From Adineta vaga (taxonomy: Eukaryota > Animalia > Rotifera): a stretch of 64,000 nt of DNA. Positions 23,336-38,123 of this stretch are shown piece after piece. The notes beneath the pieces were generated by a model, which worked only from the letters and a program-made list of their open reading frames with translations, made no database searches and was not told the DNA's origin. The DNA lies in contig CP075492.1 of NCBI GenBank assembly GCA_021613535.1, forward strand, positions 6,820,001 to 6,884,000, in the 5' to 3' direction. Position numbers and translations under genes: made by a program. Within the stretch, counting starts at the first letter, position 1. Each line of letters opens with the position of its first letter.

Positions 23336-23928
23336 ATGTCTAAGGATCAAAAACTAAAACAACGTGTTATAATTATACATGGTAGTGCAATGACACCTGG
23401 TATTGCCAATCGGTATTGGTATAAATGGTTACAAACAGAATTAATGAAGTTAGGTATCGATGCTATTGCACCAGCTTTTCCCGATGAAAAAGAAGCGAAA
23501 GATTCCATTTGGATACCATTTTTGATTGATAATTTAAAAGTTACAGAAGTAAGTTAGATTTATACAGAGATTCGATGTATCTCAATATCTTTTTCTAGAA
23601 TGATATTTTAGTTGGACATAGTTCAGGAGCAATGGCTATTCTAAGATTGTGCGAACAAATGAAAGTCAAAGGTATTGTATTAGCATCAGCTGGTTATGAT
23701 AAAACTGAAAAAACTTCAAACTGGGATTGGAAGAAGATTAAATCAAATACACAATGGATTGAACAATTTCATAGTTCAGATGATCCATTTACACCAGTTG
23801 AAAGTAGTCGTCATATAGCTAAAGAATTACAAAGTACATATCATGAATTTAATGATCGAAATCATTTCCTATGTCCTGAATTTCCAGATATAATTCATGT
23901 TATTAAATCTTATTGTCAACTATCATAA
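23336..23928 (+). CDS. RBBP9/YdeN-family alpha/beta serine hydrolase (2 exons)
   Basis: IIIHG, WYKWL, nucleophile LVGHSSGA, HSSDDPF and NHF motifs; intron 23549-23598. Confidence 0.9.
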
Positions 23929-24150
23929 ATAAAAACATTCTCTTGATTCATACAAATGTTATTTAGTCAGTTGTAACCGTATTTTTCTTTTTCTTTACGA
24001 ATAATACTTCGAGAAGTATTGTATGATGCGATGACTCAAGCAGAATATTGACGACATATCGCATGTAACTAACTAGCGTAAAATACGTGTTGACAGACAG
24101 AAAAAAACAAAAACATATTCTTACAAAGTTTAGAAAGATTGAATAAGAAT

Positions 24151-27100
24151 ATGTCTGTATCAAATGATGATCTTTCGAAAATTAATTTCGATTCACAATG
24201 GGAATGCTTACAACAATCGATTGATAAATTCAACGATGCGGATATCTTAAGCCTAGCAACTATGAACGATAATTACCAATGGTCGTCAATTAAATTACCA
24301 CATTTCAACGAACAAAATAACAATTCAACGATGAACTCAAATGATTGGTGGTATCGTAAACAATTCCATTGGATTTCATCAGACCAACAAGTGTATCTGA
24401 ATTTTAAACCATCTCAAAATACATCAAATAACAAAACAACGATATGGCTGAATCAAACGGAAATCTTTTCTGGTTCATTAATGTCATTACAGAAGTCAAT
24501 TGAATTAACTCCCTATGTATTAATCGATGAGGATTCAAATAATACACTATTAATATATTGTTCAAATATGACACTTTCGTATCATCTACGTCTTTTAATT
24601 TATGGTAAAGTAATATATGCTTCTGGACAAATTCAAGTTGATGAAAATCCAAATCCAACTCAAGAAAATAAAAATGTTCTTCAATATACCGTTTCTTTAG
24701 CTGATAATGATGGACGTATTTCTGTAGATTTTGATACAAAACAGAAATATAATGAAAGTGAACATTTATGGAAAACACCTATCGCTGAAGAAAAGACAGT
24801 TGACATTCAAGAACCTTTCGATGATGACATATCAATTCCACGTCTTGCTATTGTTATACTTATTGTTGGTACAAGAGGTGATGTACAACCTTTTATTGCG
24901 TAAGTATTATTTCTCAGATGATCTATTATAGCGATTGAGAAAATATTTGTAGTCTTGGACAAGCACTGCGTACAGCTGGCCATCGTGTTCGATTAGCTAC
25001 ACATGAAACATTTCGATCATTTGTTCGTGGTAATGGTTTGGAATTCTATCCATTAGCTGGTGATCCTGCTGATTTAATGGAATTTATGGTGAAAAATGCC
25101 GGTATTGTTCCGTCGATGAGTAGTATTATTGCAGGTGATGTTACAAAAAAACGGCAATCCCTTTCTGATATTCTTACATCAACATGGAATGCATGTATAG
25201 CAGATGATGATGAAACATCACTTCCATTTCGAGCAGAAGCAATTATTGCTAATCCACCATCTTTTGGACATATACATTGTGCTGAAAAATTACGAATTCC
25301 ATTACATATTATGTTTACTATGCCTTATTCACCTACAAGTGCTTTTCCACATCCATTATGTAATATTGAAAGTTGCAAAGGACCAATGGAAAAAATCAAT
25401 CGTTATTCTTATGATGTTATAGAAATGCTGGTAAGTATTGTTCGAAAGAAGCAAAGGATCAAAATGATTTATGATATCTTCTATAGACATGGAGTGGAAT
25501 GGGAGATATTGTTAATAAATTCCGGAAAAAAATCTTAAATCTTTCAACAATACGCACTCGTCAAGCTGTCAGAGCAATGGTCGATGAACGAGTACCACAT
25601 ACGTACTGTTGGTCACCTTCGATCGTATCGAAACCGCATGATTGGGGATCACATATTAATGTATCGGGATTTTTCTTTCTTAATCTTGGCACAGCATATA
25701 CTGATCCACCTCTAGATTTACTCAATTTTCTGGGATTAAACATTCAGCACACTAATGATAATGATAAATTACCTCCACCGATTTATATTGGTTTTGGTTC
25801 GATTACAGGACATGATTCGAATCGTCTTTTGAAAATTATCATTGAAGTTCTTGCTGAAACTGGTTATCGAGCTTTACTTGCTGGTTTTAAAATCGAAGCA
25901 GAAAATTTACCAAGTAATATTTTTCTAATTGGTAATGTACCACATGATTGGCTTTTTCAACATGGTATGTCGAGTATACATAAAACTAGTTATATCTCTC
26001 TCTCTCTCTCTCTTTCAATTTCAGTCAGTGCTGTATGTCATCATGGTGGAGCAGGTACAACTGCTGCTGGTTTACGTGCTGGTAAACCAACGATTATTGT
26101 TCCATTTTTTGGAGATCAATTCTTTTGGGGTAGCGTTATAGAACGAAGTGGTGCTGGACCAAATCCATTACCTGGAAAAAGTGTAACAGTTGAACAGTTA
26201 GTTGATGCTTTTAAATTTGTTCATACATCTGCAGCAAGAGAAGCTGCTGAACGTATACGAGTGGCTTTGTTAGAAGAAAATGGATGTGAAACAGCAGTGC
26301 ATATATTTCATGCTAGTTTACCTCTATTACGTATACGTAGTGATCTGGAATCAACATTTGCAGCTTGTTATCGTGTGAATAGATATAACATACAAATCTC
26401 ACGACCAGTTGCTCAAGTACTTGTATCTTCTGGTATGATAGAAGAATCAGATCTTACCTATCATATAACGCGAGAATGGCAATTCGCACATAATAACAAA
26501 GTAAGTGTACCAACTCATGGTATTATTCAACATACGTCAAAAGCTCTTTCCAGTATGTTTACTGATACAAAGAAAGGAATAAAACAAGTTACTAGTAGTG
26601 ATGATCTACTAGTAGGTGCAAAAGATGCAGCTGAAACTGTTGTTAAAGGGGTTGGTCGTGGCCTTGGACATATATCAATAGGATGCTTAACTCTATATGG
26701 TGAAATTACAGATGTACTAGATCGTGTTCCTTCACTTTATGATCCATACAGGTGAGATGATCTAGATCGAATATAAAATCATACATTTTAAACAAAAGTT
26801 AATAATATTATGTTTATTTTTATTGTAGTGAACCAAGTACATATAAACCACATCGTGTTACAGGTTTCAAATCAGGAGTCAAAGTAGCTAGACAATCGTT
26901 ATGGTATGGTTGGAAAGATGGTGTTACTGGTATTGTAAAAGAACCATTTGTTGGCTATAAACGTCATGGTATATTGGGTGGTGCAGGTGGAGCATTATTA
27001 GGTACTGTTAATGTTCTCGTTAAGCCTACAACTGCGACTCTTTCTTCCGTTACATGGTTAAGTCGAGGTACTTATGCTACTGTTAAGAAAGCAGTAAAAA

Positions 27101-27408
27101 ATTGTGATACAAGCAAAAAAAATACTGAAAACAAATCAACAGCATCAGCGCCAAGTTCACCAATGATAGGTTACAAACAACAACAACATGAAAGAGATAT
27201 TAATTTTCAGAGCGATAATGATGATCATGAGAGTATTGGAATCTCTCAAGTTGCTAAAATAGCAGCAGAAGATTCAGGTTTTCATCCTAGACTTTGTCAA
27301 CAGATTCTAGATGAATTCACTCGTATCAAATCAAATCAAGAATGTCTAAATCCAAACAATATTGCATCGTCTTTGACAAAATTCATACCGCAATCACTTC
27401 GTCTTTAA
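24151..27408 (+). CDS. Sterol 3-beta-glucosyltransferase-like (UGT80/ATG26-type) with N-terminal GH2-type sugar-binding domain
   Basis: IVGTRGDVQPF, GHRVRLATH, IIANPPSFGHIHCAE, IYIGFGSI, VPHDWLF, HHGGAGTTAAGL, VPFFGDQFFWG; introns near 24900, 25431, 25965 and 26752. Confidence 0.92.
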
Positions 27409-27493
27409 AATAACATATGGTTTTTTTTCTGCAGCACCTATATAAATCAATAAAAATATCTTGTTTTATGACCAATAAGATTTTTACCGTAGT

Positions 27494-28400
27494 ATGCACA
27501 TTCTAATCAATGATTGGAGTTACACGACGTTACATGATATATAAAAACTGTTTCACAATAATTATCGTCATTTGACTGATTATAAAGCAGAAAAAAAGTC
27601 GATCACTATATAAAAATAAATTGTCTGAAATTGATGAATGGAAAATAGAACTTAAAAAAAACTCAATCAAATTTATGAACGTGAATTTCAACTGATCAAT
27701 CAACGAGAAAATCTTTTAATGAGTTTTTATAAACATCTATTCGAACAGCGCATCGTGCTCGATTCCAATTAGAACGTTTGCAAATTCACCTTTTCCATTA
27801 CAAACCAAAATTAACATTTAAGATCATCTATCCAATGTACATAGATTCATTTTTAAGGAGAGAATAGATTATCTATCAAACAGCGAGTTTGTTCATCGGT
27901 TTTCGATTAGAGATACTCGATGAAATTAGTGACCATTGTCAATGCTTATCTAACAGCTTGTCATAAAAAACCACCCGAAGATGAAAAACTGCTTCTTTTA
28001 AATGAACATTTAACAATATATCCATGAACTAGAAAATAATTTTAATGTTTTAACTGGTATAAAACCATTCTTTTACGATAATCCATGTGAAGATAAAAAT
28101 ATATAAGAATATTCTATAACAAGTGGTATCATGTCATTCTTATTACAATTTTTTCTCAATCATAAATCTATCAATCGTCAATTGATACTCGACTGATATA
28201 ATAGTAATCCAGGAAATGATTATTAAGGTTTTAATGAAGCAAAACAATTCGCTAAATCTTTTGTTCTAAACATTATCTTTATAAAATCTATACGAACGGA
28301 TCATTAGAAATAGGATTCTATATTTATTTTGTCTCGCGATTGTATGAATTTGATACGTTATTTTATTGGGATAACCGATGATCCCTTGATACCAAAACCC
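27494..28400 (+). pseudogene. Degraded coding remnant(s)
   Basis: Coding-like fragments broken by stops and frameshifts: LSEIDEWKIELKK/LNQIYEREFQLINQRENLL (coiled-coil-like) and IHELENNFNVLTGIKPFFYDNPCED...GFNEAKQFAKS. Confidence 0.3.
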
Positions 28401-29076
28401 ATTACGGTATCAAACATCAGAGAAAAAACATAAGTTGTTGTTTGATTGTTTTATATCTTAGATAAACTGAAACTAGCATTACAACCATCATAAGTCCTGT
28501 CGATAATCTGAATCGATCAGGGTAATAGGAATACTTTGATTGATATAAGGGTGTCTTTATTCTGAGCAACTTTCATCGAGACGTTAGACAAATCATTACT
28601 AAAGAACAAATGATCACAAGAAAATATCTTGTGATATACTCCACACGTTTTATTTTCTCTTGAAAAATACTTATCTGATAAAACGATCGACATAAATTAT
28701 TATATTCGCCTACGTAATCTTTCACGATGAGTATAAATCATTTAAATTTCTTTGTAAAATTACACCTAAGTCAAGAGTTTCATCTTCAATTTTGTTAAAT
28801 ATCATACTTAACATATTGAACGAATCATTTGAAAAGAATCTTTCCTTGAAATAACCTATTTGATTGAATCAATTGAAAGAAGAGGAAGAAAAAAAAACGA
28901 AGTACGAACGATTTTTTCGTTTTTTTTCCGATAATACATAAGAATCGAATCAGACTCTCACATTATGTTACCGGGTATCTTAAATCAACAAAAAATAAAA
29001 GAACGAAAATCAGTTTGAATACAAATCGAAAAAAATCAGCTACAGGCAGCATTACTACGCCTCTCACTCGACAACA

Positions 29077-29700
29077 ATGGGATCAAAAAATGGTAAATAC
29101 GATTTTGAACATGAAAATTCATTATCAAATGGAAATGACACTCTACCATCTTGTTCAATCAATACAAATGAATCATTCATTAGTAAAATATCCAAACATA
29201 ATGGTAATTTGCAACCAAAATGTATTCATCAAGATGTATTAATTGATCCTTCGGCAACTGATATCGATCATTTATCTCTCGTCTGGCTTGATCCTGATAT
29301 TCGTCGTCGAGTATCAAATATTGATACGGAAGTGAAGCTGAAAAATCTCATTAATTACGTTCGAATATTCGATCGTGTTGATGTATGTGAAAGATATATT
29401 AAACAAATAGGTAAAATGAATAAAAATAGTAATGTAAGCAAAGAAAATTTACTTGTAATTATTTCTACAACATTGGCTCCAACACTTATTCCACATTTAC
29501 ATGACCTTGCACAAGTAAAATATGTTTATGTCTATGGAAAATCAAATACAATTTCAAAAGCACATGAAGAATGGTTGAAAAGATATAATAAAGTATGAAT
29601 ATAATATGAATTCTTCTCATTCTGGCTTTAATTTTAGGTTAAAGGTGTATTTAGTTCATCTCGCTCATTAATTGCTCAAATAACTGAAGATCAAAATTAA
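29077..29700 (+). CDS. Small protein with stand-alone receiver-like alpha/beta domain (LVWLD...IYVY), possible N-myristoylation
   Basis: MGSK start; SLVWLD, VRIFD..D.C..YI, LLVIIS, IPHLHDLAQVKYVYVY, KVKGVF; intron 29593-29637; stop at 29700. Confidence 0.75.
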
Positions 29701-29954
29701 ATGAACAGTTTGTCTGTTTTTTTCGTTATGTATCATATGAAGATAAATGCTTTCTAATTGTTTTTATTCAATCAATACGAAAACCATCAAGGTTTTGATT
29801 TATTTATTTTCCTTGTCTGTTGTCGAAATAAATGAGTGATAAAAAAGAAGAAGAAGAAGAAGAAGATGAAGAGAGGACATATCAATCATATTGTTGTTTT
29901 AAACTATTGACAGTGTATAATGTTTCTTAAGACAGACAGTTGTTATCGTCCGAT

Positions 29955-31997
29955 TTAATTTATTGATTTAGACGCATTCATTAATTCTTCATAAGTTTCA
30001 CGCCACATTCGACCAGATTTTTCCAGTGAACTAAAATCAATTCAAATATTAATCATTCATATTCTCGAAAAATGTTTTACTTACGTCAAAATATCCACAA
30101 ATGCTCGTCCCATAGGTTTAACAATATATGGTATATCATATTTACGACACAAATCAATGACATCCGATTGAACTTTATAAAGATTATGACGAGGCATCAT
30201 AGGAAATAAACTAAAAATAGAAAAGATAGATAACTTGTTTTCTTTTTGACATTATCAATCAATCGACATACTGATGTTCAATTTGAAAATTTAAATGACC
30301 AGTAAACCAATCATTAAAATGTGATTTTTCAATATTACATGTTGCTTTTAATTGCATACGAAACCAGCTAGATTTAACATCATCATGTTCGACATCCATA
30401 ACAACATGATTGGATTGCGTCACCACAACTAAACCGAACGAATTCAATAATGAAAAGAAATCAATGAAGATTTCAACTTACCAAACCAAGTTCCTTCGAA
30501 TAATCTATTGAATAAATCAAGTATATGAAATTATTCAAAAAGAGATAGAAAACTATCAAACTTACCGAATGACAAAAAGTAATTTCAATGCGCCAAATAA
30601 TCCAAGTTTCAATGGCATTAAAGAAAAGAATTTGACGTAGAATAAACTTAACCAAAATACATCCTATACGAAATGAAACAAACTAAATTTGATAATAATA
30701 TTGATGTTTATCTTTACCATCCATTTTTTTCGTTTAACTGCATGTTTAATTGTCGTAAATTGAAAGTAGAGAGGAAATAAAAGAGGTGCAGCTAAAAAAA
30801 CAAACAAATAAATCTCGAAAGAAAAATTGAAGAAAAAAAAACGTCTTACCAATAAAGAAATATAAATATTGAAGATTATATGGTAAACTTTTTCCATATT
30901 TTACATTTCGATGAGCTGCCTAAAGATAGAAGCTATTTTATTGAAGAAAATCATTTGCATTCAATTTACTCGTATGGGAAGTTTATTACCAAGTACAAAG
31001 ACTGGTTCAATACGTGTATCCGGATCTTTATCAATAATATTCGGTTTTGAATGATGTTGAAAATGCATATGATTCCACCAATCTGCACTTGCACCCTACA
31101 CGAAAAAGAAAATATGTCAATATGCACATTTATCTCGTCAAATTAAATATACTTTAGTAAAACCAATATACATTTGATGTAATAAATGATTCCATTTACT
31201 CTTTTGAAATACCGATAAATGTCCAAAATCATGTTGAAGCCAACCACATTGCGCCTATTGATGTAAAACATATACTTATCCATATGAAGAAGAAACATTT
31301 AAATCATACTTCTGCAACAACATAGAGAACAACGGAAGCTATATAAGGTAACCAGCCAGTACCATATCGAAAAAGAACATAATATGCCGCGAATTCAATT
31401 ACTAAGATATGTAAACATGCAAGGAAGAAAAAGAAGCGACTTGATTGGAAAAGTTTCTAAAAATATAAGAAAGCAAATTTAGTGGATGAGATATGAAGAT
31501 TAAAATCCAATTTACTTTAGAAATGGCTTTTTGTCTCAATTTTTCGAAATCATCTTTTAAAGCTTGATCTTCTACAACTTGATCTTCATCATTAACAACA
31601 TCGCCGATATAGAATGGTTTAAGATATTTTTGAACACGATGTATTTCAGGATGAAGAGCATGAAATGCTTCCTAATTAAAACAAAAAGAAACTACGTTAT
31701 CAAAAATCGTTTTCTTTTCCTTCAAAGTCTTACGCTTGCATCTTGACCAGCATAATGATTAAGAACCATTTGTCCGCCTGGATGTTTTAACCATTTTGTT
31801 ACATCGTAAACACGATTATCGATCACCAACCATCGATCTTTTTTATTGGAATGACGACGAATTTCTTCCCATGTGAATTGTCCTTTTTGGCTGCTATTTT
31901 CATGTAACATTGGATTCAATGTTGTCATCATTGATGAATCGTCGTTTTGCTCATCAGTGACAATGGGAGGATCCCAATTTTTACTACCTTTACCCAT
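29955..31997 (-). CDS. Front-end fatty acid desaturase (FADS1/2-like, multi-exon)
   Basis: Cytochrome b5 HPGG plus His boxes HDFGH, HFQHH and QIEHH; [10 protein letters not shown]; about 10 short introns. Confidence 0.95.
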
Positions 31998-32790
31998 TCT
32001 AATTTGATGATCTAGAAAGAATTTTTATATGACAATTTCTTTCTTCTATGATCTCATTTTCCTAATTATATAGAATATCATCTAAACACTTATTTTACAG
32101 CTAGAGAAACAAAGTTTTCCTGCTATTATGTTGAAACTACGATAAAAGGAAAGACGTAGAAAAAAAAACCGAGCAAAGCGAATCGACATGAGATATTGTT
32201 TCCTCTTACTCAATGCCTAATAGAAGGGAGTAATAAGAAAAGACGCAGGAAAAAAAAGACGAAGAAAAAAAAAGCATTTACCGCTAACATCGAGCGCATC
32301 AGCAAGAGAAAAACAATGACGACTGGAGCCTCGCTAGAGAAGAAAGAGGAAAAAAAATCTGTCAAATATTTTATACTCGTCAACGATGGTGTCGAAGAAA
32401 GAAAAGACTGAATGAATCAATTGTCTTATTGAATAAAATCCAAATCTTCTGAGGACTTTCTAAAAGACAGTAGAACGTTTAATTTGGTTGTCTATTTTAA
32501 TAATAACGAATTGATGAATCTTATCAGAAGAATATAAATATTTACTTAAGAATAAAGATAGAATTTAATGCGACGAAACATTGATAAGAGATAAGTTAAA
32601 TAAATCTTATAAAAAGTATGTTACGTAAAGTTTTATATTCCGAAAAACAAAGATCATTTGGAATAAAAACATGATTTGTACGTTCAGCATATCAATGTCC
32701 TTGTGATACATATTCTATATTTATCTAGAAAAGATAAACAAGTGACTAGAAGAAAAAAAACAATTATACAGGTAAAAAGAACGAATGAGA

Positions 32791-33568
32791 TTATATTTCA
32801 CATGAAAATCGCTGACGTATTTTCGACAAAAGTTTATATTTGTCAGCATAATAGTAAATAAATAATCCTACAAATAACCAAGAAAACAACAAGGCATAAT
32901 CAAACGATGGTTCAAATATTGTTGTTACAGGTCCTAGACGATCTTCTTCTCCAATAGTTATATTATTCGTTTGATTTAAATCTAGAATTCAAAATATAAT
33001 ACATACGTATTTCTCTCTGCATATTCGTGAGTTTTCTTACGTAATGTTGATTCGATTAATGACAGTAATATTTGAATATCATTCGTACTGTTTAATCTTG
33101 CTAATAATTTATTTTTACGTAGTATAAATACACTTGGTACAGCATTTGTACCAAAATACGTCATATAACTAGGAGAAAAATGAAAGATAATTAATCAATT
33201 GGATGATTCGTGTCCTACCGGAGCGATTTTGAGACATCATATGCCACGAAATCTAGACCAGGAAATGAACGAGGTATTGCATTAAAATATGGTGCAAATC
33301 GAACAGAAAATTGACACCAACGAGCAAAAAATAAAAGTATATAACAATCGAAATGCGTTGGTGCACGCATAAGATAATTACTATCAACAAGTTGAACATG
33401 ATTCGTATAATTTTCTGTCATATTATGTAATTGACAAGGAATAAATGGTGGTTGAAATGGAAGAAAATTTAAACTACTATTCGAAAGATTCGTAGTTAAA
33501 GATGTTGATTGACATTGATGAACAGTTGAAGGAATGTAATGAAAGATTTCATAGATTGACGATGACAT
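32791..33568 (-). CDS. TXNDC15: Thioredoxin domain-containing protein 15-like (5' end uncertain)
   Basis: LFFARWCQFS (CxxS) ...APYFNAIPRSFP, FGTNAVP; C-terminal TM FDYALLFSWLFV; 3 exons; stop at 32791. Confidence 0.8.
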
Positions 33569-34039
33569 GAGTGAAAAATCTTTCTAAAATGAAAATTTTT
33601 GTGAAAAATAATTAAATATAATTAAGACTTATAATATAGTGCATTTTCAATAAGATTTATCGATCTATCGTATGTGAACTCAACCTTATATTCAATCAAT
33701 CAAAAAATGTTATCTGTCCTTTCTTTTTCTAAAAAAAAGAAAACAATTGTTTTACACTATTGGTTCAAAATATTGACTAATAAAACTAATTATGTTCTAT
33801 CGTCGTTTATTTTTTCTTTCTTTCTCCTCAAATCCTACCTTAAATCATAACAAAAACAACTTATGATGTATTCATATCAGATGAGTTCCTTTTCATATCG
33901 ATTGTAGCGACAAAGATAAGGGAGGTTAAGGGACTATGTTACAAAACATGGCGAAAGCTTCTTTTTTTCCTCTACTAAGAAGACGGTCGATTTCGATGAA
34001 TGAGACAACATTCAAATTCTTTACTTCTTTTTTATAGAT

Positions 34040-37000
34040 ATGTCTTATGATTATTATGAAGTTCTTCTCATATTTTCTCTTTTATTTACATTAACCTCTG
34101 CCTGTTCAAATAATTCGTATTATAATTTATCATTTGGTCATATTGAAAATGTGAATTTTTTTTCGGGTAAATTTCAATCGAACAATATCTCCTGTTCATG
34201 GCGAATTCATAATGAAAAAGATAATATTCGATCATATTACATTATCTCATTACGTCAAATTGAAATTGATAATAATGAAAAATCTCTCCCTAATGAATTA
34301 GTATTAAAAACTGACCAAAAACAAATCATACTCAACAATATAAATCAACGAATTATATTGATTCCATCGTCCGGACATTTACAAATTGATCTTCAACAGA
34401 AAACTCAAACAACCAGTTTAAATATTCATCGTTTTCTACTGGAATTTCTCTATGTAAATAATAATACTAATGGTGATTTTTTTCGTTGCTCAAAAAGCGG
34501 AATACTCATTCCAAAACAATGGAAATGTAATTGTTTATATGAATGTTTAATAGATGATTATAGTGACGAAGAAAATTGTCCCGTTTGTTCAATAGTTCAA
34601 TCAACAAATAGTTTATTATGTCATTCAAATGAATATTGGTGTTTACCAATGAATAATCACACTGCCGATAAAATTGATTCAAAAGGTAAAAATTTTCTAT
34701 TTGATAAGCATCTGCATGATGTTTTTGTATAAATATGTAGTAAACACATATTGACTATGTCTGTATCATATAACTCGAATATGCTCAAGGGCAAATCATA
34801 TTTATCAAGTTTATTAGAAAAAAAAGGAACTCATTAGTACGGGTTATATCCTTACCCTCGAACTCATTAAATGCGTAGAGAAAAATGAGAAGATTATGTT
34901 TGCACTTATAAATTTCTTTGAAAGAAGATTAATTGAGCTGACTGATACCCTGTTTATTTATAGATGAGATTCTTTCAAGATCAAAACAGAAATGATTATA
35001 GGAAGAACGCAATAGTGAATTGATGACGTATTACTAATGTTATGTTTTTTAATTTAAAAACTAAATGAAAGAATGCAGAAAAACAGATGTGATAATTGAC
35101 AGCTTAGCAATGATGTTTTCTTTTCAATCTTATTTTATAAGGTTCCATTAAAGATTTATTTCTAATCTTTTCAGGTGTTTGTATTCCATATACTCAATCA
35201 TCTTCTCAATGTTCGTATACATCTCGATGTGAAACAATCGTTACATATTCACAAAATCATGGAGACATTGCAGTGAATAATGCAATGCTTTCTAATCGTC
35301 AATCATTATGTTTAATTCTCATTGCAGAAGAAAAACATAAGATAAAATTAATTTTAAATCAATTTAAATTTCTTGAAGAACGACCAGATTTAGAATTTGT
35401 TGTCTATGATGGAAGTGAAGAACAAAATCAAATATTAACTTCATCAAATTGGTATTCATCAAAACAAATTGTTCAAACTTATCAACATCATTTGATGACT
35501 ATTGTGATACGAAAACATTCAAAAAGTAATCCAAATGAATTCTTTCCTGTAGAAGAATCTTATGAAAATACAATTCTATTGAATATAACATGGTTAACTA
35601 GTTTATGTCCCGATGATGAAATGGTATGTAGTGGACATTTTGAATCAAAATGTTTTACTAAACAACAACGTTGTGATGGTTCGTAATAATTTGATGAGAA
35701 AATTTATTTTCAAAAATTCTATTCTTAGGTGTTTGGGATTGTATTAGTGGAGATGATGAAATAGGCTGTTTTCCAACTTTATGTCCAACATCATTTTTAT
35801 GTAATGATCCAATACATTTACCAACGGATCGACCAAGATGTTATACATGGTATGAACGATGCAATGGAAATGCATTTTGTGCAAATCGTACCGATGAAAG
35901 AAATTGTACAAACTGGTGGTGTAATTCCAATAATGGAACTTTTCTTTGTAAAAATCGAAATTGTATTTATGAAACATGGGTTTGTGATGGTAAGTTAGAA
36001 AATGGCATGTCTCAGTTTGAGAAGAGAAAGATAAGTGTAAATATTGAATTATCAGACATGCGATCATTATAGTGAATGTAATCATTAGTTATTTTGTATA
36101 TAGTTTTAGTGTGAGTTTCTCTTTCATGTCATATAAATCACAGAAACAATCGTTACCTGGAAAAAGTAATCATTTGTTTACCTACACTTCCCTTGATGAT
36201 ATTTTTCATAAATGTAAATAAAAGAAACCCTATAAATTACTTTTTCTTTTCAAGGTACGGATGATTGTGGTGATAATTCTGATGAAACAAATTGTCCATC
36301 TCGTATTCCACGTCGAGTTGTGACAGCTGCTGTGATTGGTGCTACAATTTGTTCGACACTGTTTATAATAGCACTTGCATGTACATGTAAACTTTTTCAT
36401 TTGCGTTCCGCTGAACAACGAGCTTCATATCGTTTATTAAATCCTCAACGATATATCGAACAACGACGAGAAGAACTTCAACGACATTCTAGTCGTCATC
36501 AATCATCGAGTGATGATTTACCATTGATAACAGATGAACCTCGACGTGTCGCACCACCATCATACAATCAAACGATGGGTTTTTCGGATGATAATGAAGA
36601 ACGACAAGCATTTCTTGCCGAACATTTACGAATGGCTGGTCTTGCAAATTTTATTCCATCATCAATAGCAAATTCTAGCGCAAGAACATCAAGATATCGA
36701 AATCGAAGACATCGGCGACATCGTCATCAGCACCATTATCATCGTCATTCTCATCGACGAATCGAAAGTGAAAGTAAATAGAAGATCTTTTTAAAAATTG
36801 TTCTACTCATAATTTTATTTAGATTCGCATACTACTCTACTTGAACCTCTTGTTACTAATTCACATTCTCTTGCACCTGCTGCTGCTGCTGCTGCTGCTA
36901 CTACTCCGTCCGTCAGTCGCTTTAATCGTTTTCGTTCACAATTTCGCTCTTTATTTACAACAAATCTTTCAGTGAACAATAACCATATTCCTGCAAATGA

Positions 37001-37340
37001 AATTGACACATGTGAACACCGTCTTACTTCTCAACCGATTGTTCTTACTACTCGATCTTGTATTGAATCTCATGAACTGCCACCATATACTGAAGAACAA
37101 TTATCATCGATTCGTCGTGAAAATGATATTCAATCATTTCTATCAACTCCATCGGCTAGACCATCATCAACATTACTTCGTATTCGTAAACATCACATAC
37201 CGTTGAATACAATACGAAATCATAATGAACAAGAAGAACAGCAATTGCCATCATCATCGTCATCATCATCACCACCAATAACTACGATGGAAGATGATGA
37301 ACAAGCCAGTAGCGATGATGATAAAATGTTAGTGCCTTGA
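34040..37340 (+). CDS. LRP3/10/12-like receptor (CUB-LDLa-CUB-LDLa-TM)
   Basis: Signal peptide; LDLa motifs (DYSDEENC, CDGVWDC, DCGDNSDETNC); TM TAAVIGATICSTLFIIALACTCKL; cytoplasmic APPSY and PPY; acidic C-terminal DDDKMLVP. Confidence 0.88.
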
Positions 37341-38123
37341 TATGTACATTGATTATTTGTACAAAGACAATTTTTTTTTCTTTACTAACTCGATCTGATG
37401 TTGTGATGCAGAGAAAATTATTATTCCAAATTGTATGTGTGTGTGTCTATTACAGTGATGTTTTCTCTGCTTGTGCAGCAATAACTAATGATATACAGTG
37501 TTTGTATTTTTCTATATACTCACGAAAAAACATAAATTTTTCGCTAACCGTTAACAAAAAAATCGAATTCCTAATTAAACTCTTTACTTACAATCCGAAA
37601 TTTTTTTCTAAAAGCCAATGTATTCATTTCTTCTTATTTTTAAACAAATAGTTTAGCTGTAATCATAATGACTTGAATAGCAAAATCGACATTTTCAGAA
37701 TGCCCTACATTCTCAAACCTGACTTAATATCAGCTCTTGTGCATTGTTACTTAAGAATAATAATCATGATTCTAAAATAGTATTGTCCAAAGTATTTTTT
37801 GTATAATGGACATTTCTAAGAAACTATTCGCATATAATAAACTATACTGCATCAAGTTTCTAAGCAACCATCAACGCCATCTTTTTGATACCTTGATGAA
37901 ATATTCTGATTGGTCAATTGCCAGTGCATTATATGTATACGTCTGTTTTCAATTGATTGATGTAAAATACTTCTTTTCCTAGTCGTTTTATTTCATATAG
38001 AATAAGTACAAGAAAAGAGACAAACCTTGCTTACGTTTTTTTTGAAAAAAGCGTTTCATTGAAGCAGAACGAATAGTATTTCCTTGATACTGGTTGAACG
38101 AAGAAATAAAAAAAACGCTTAAC

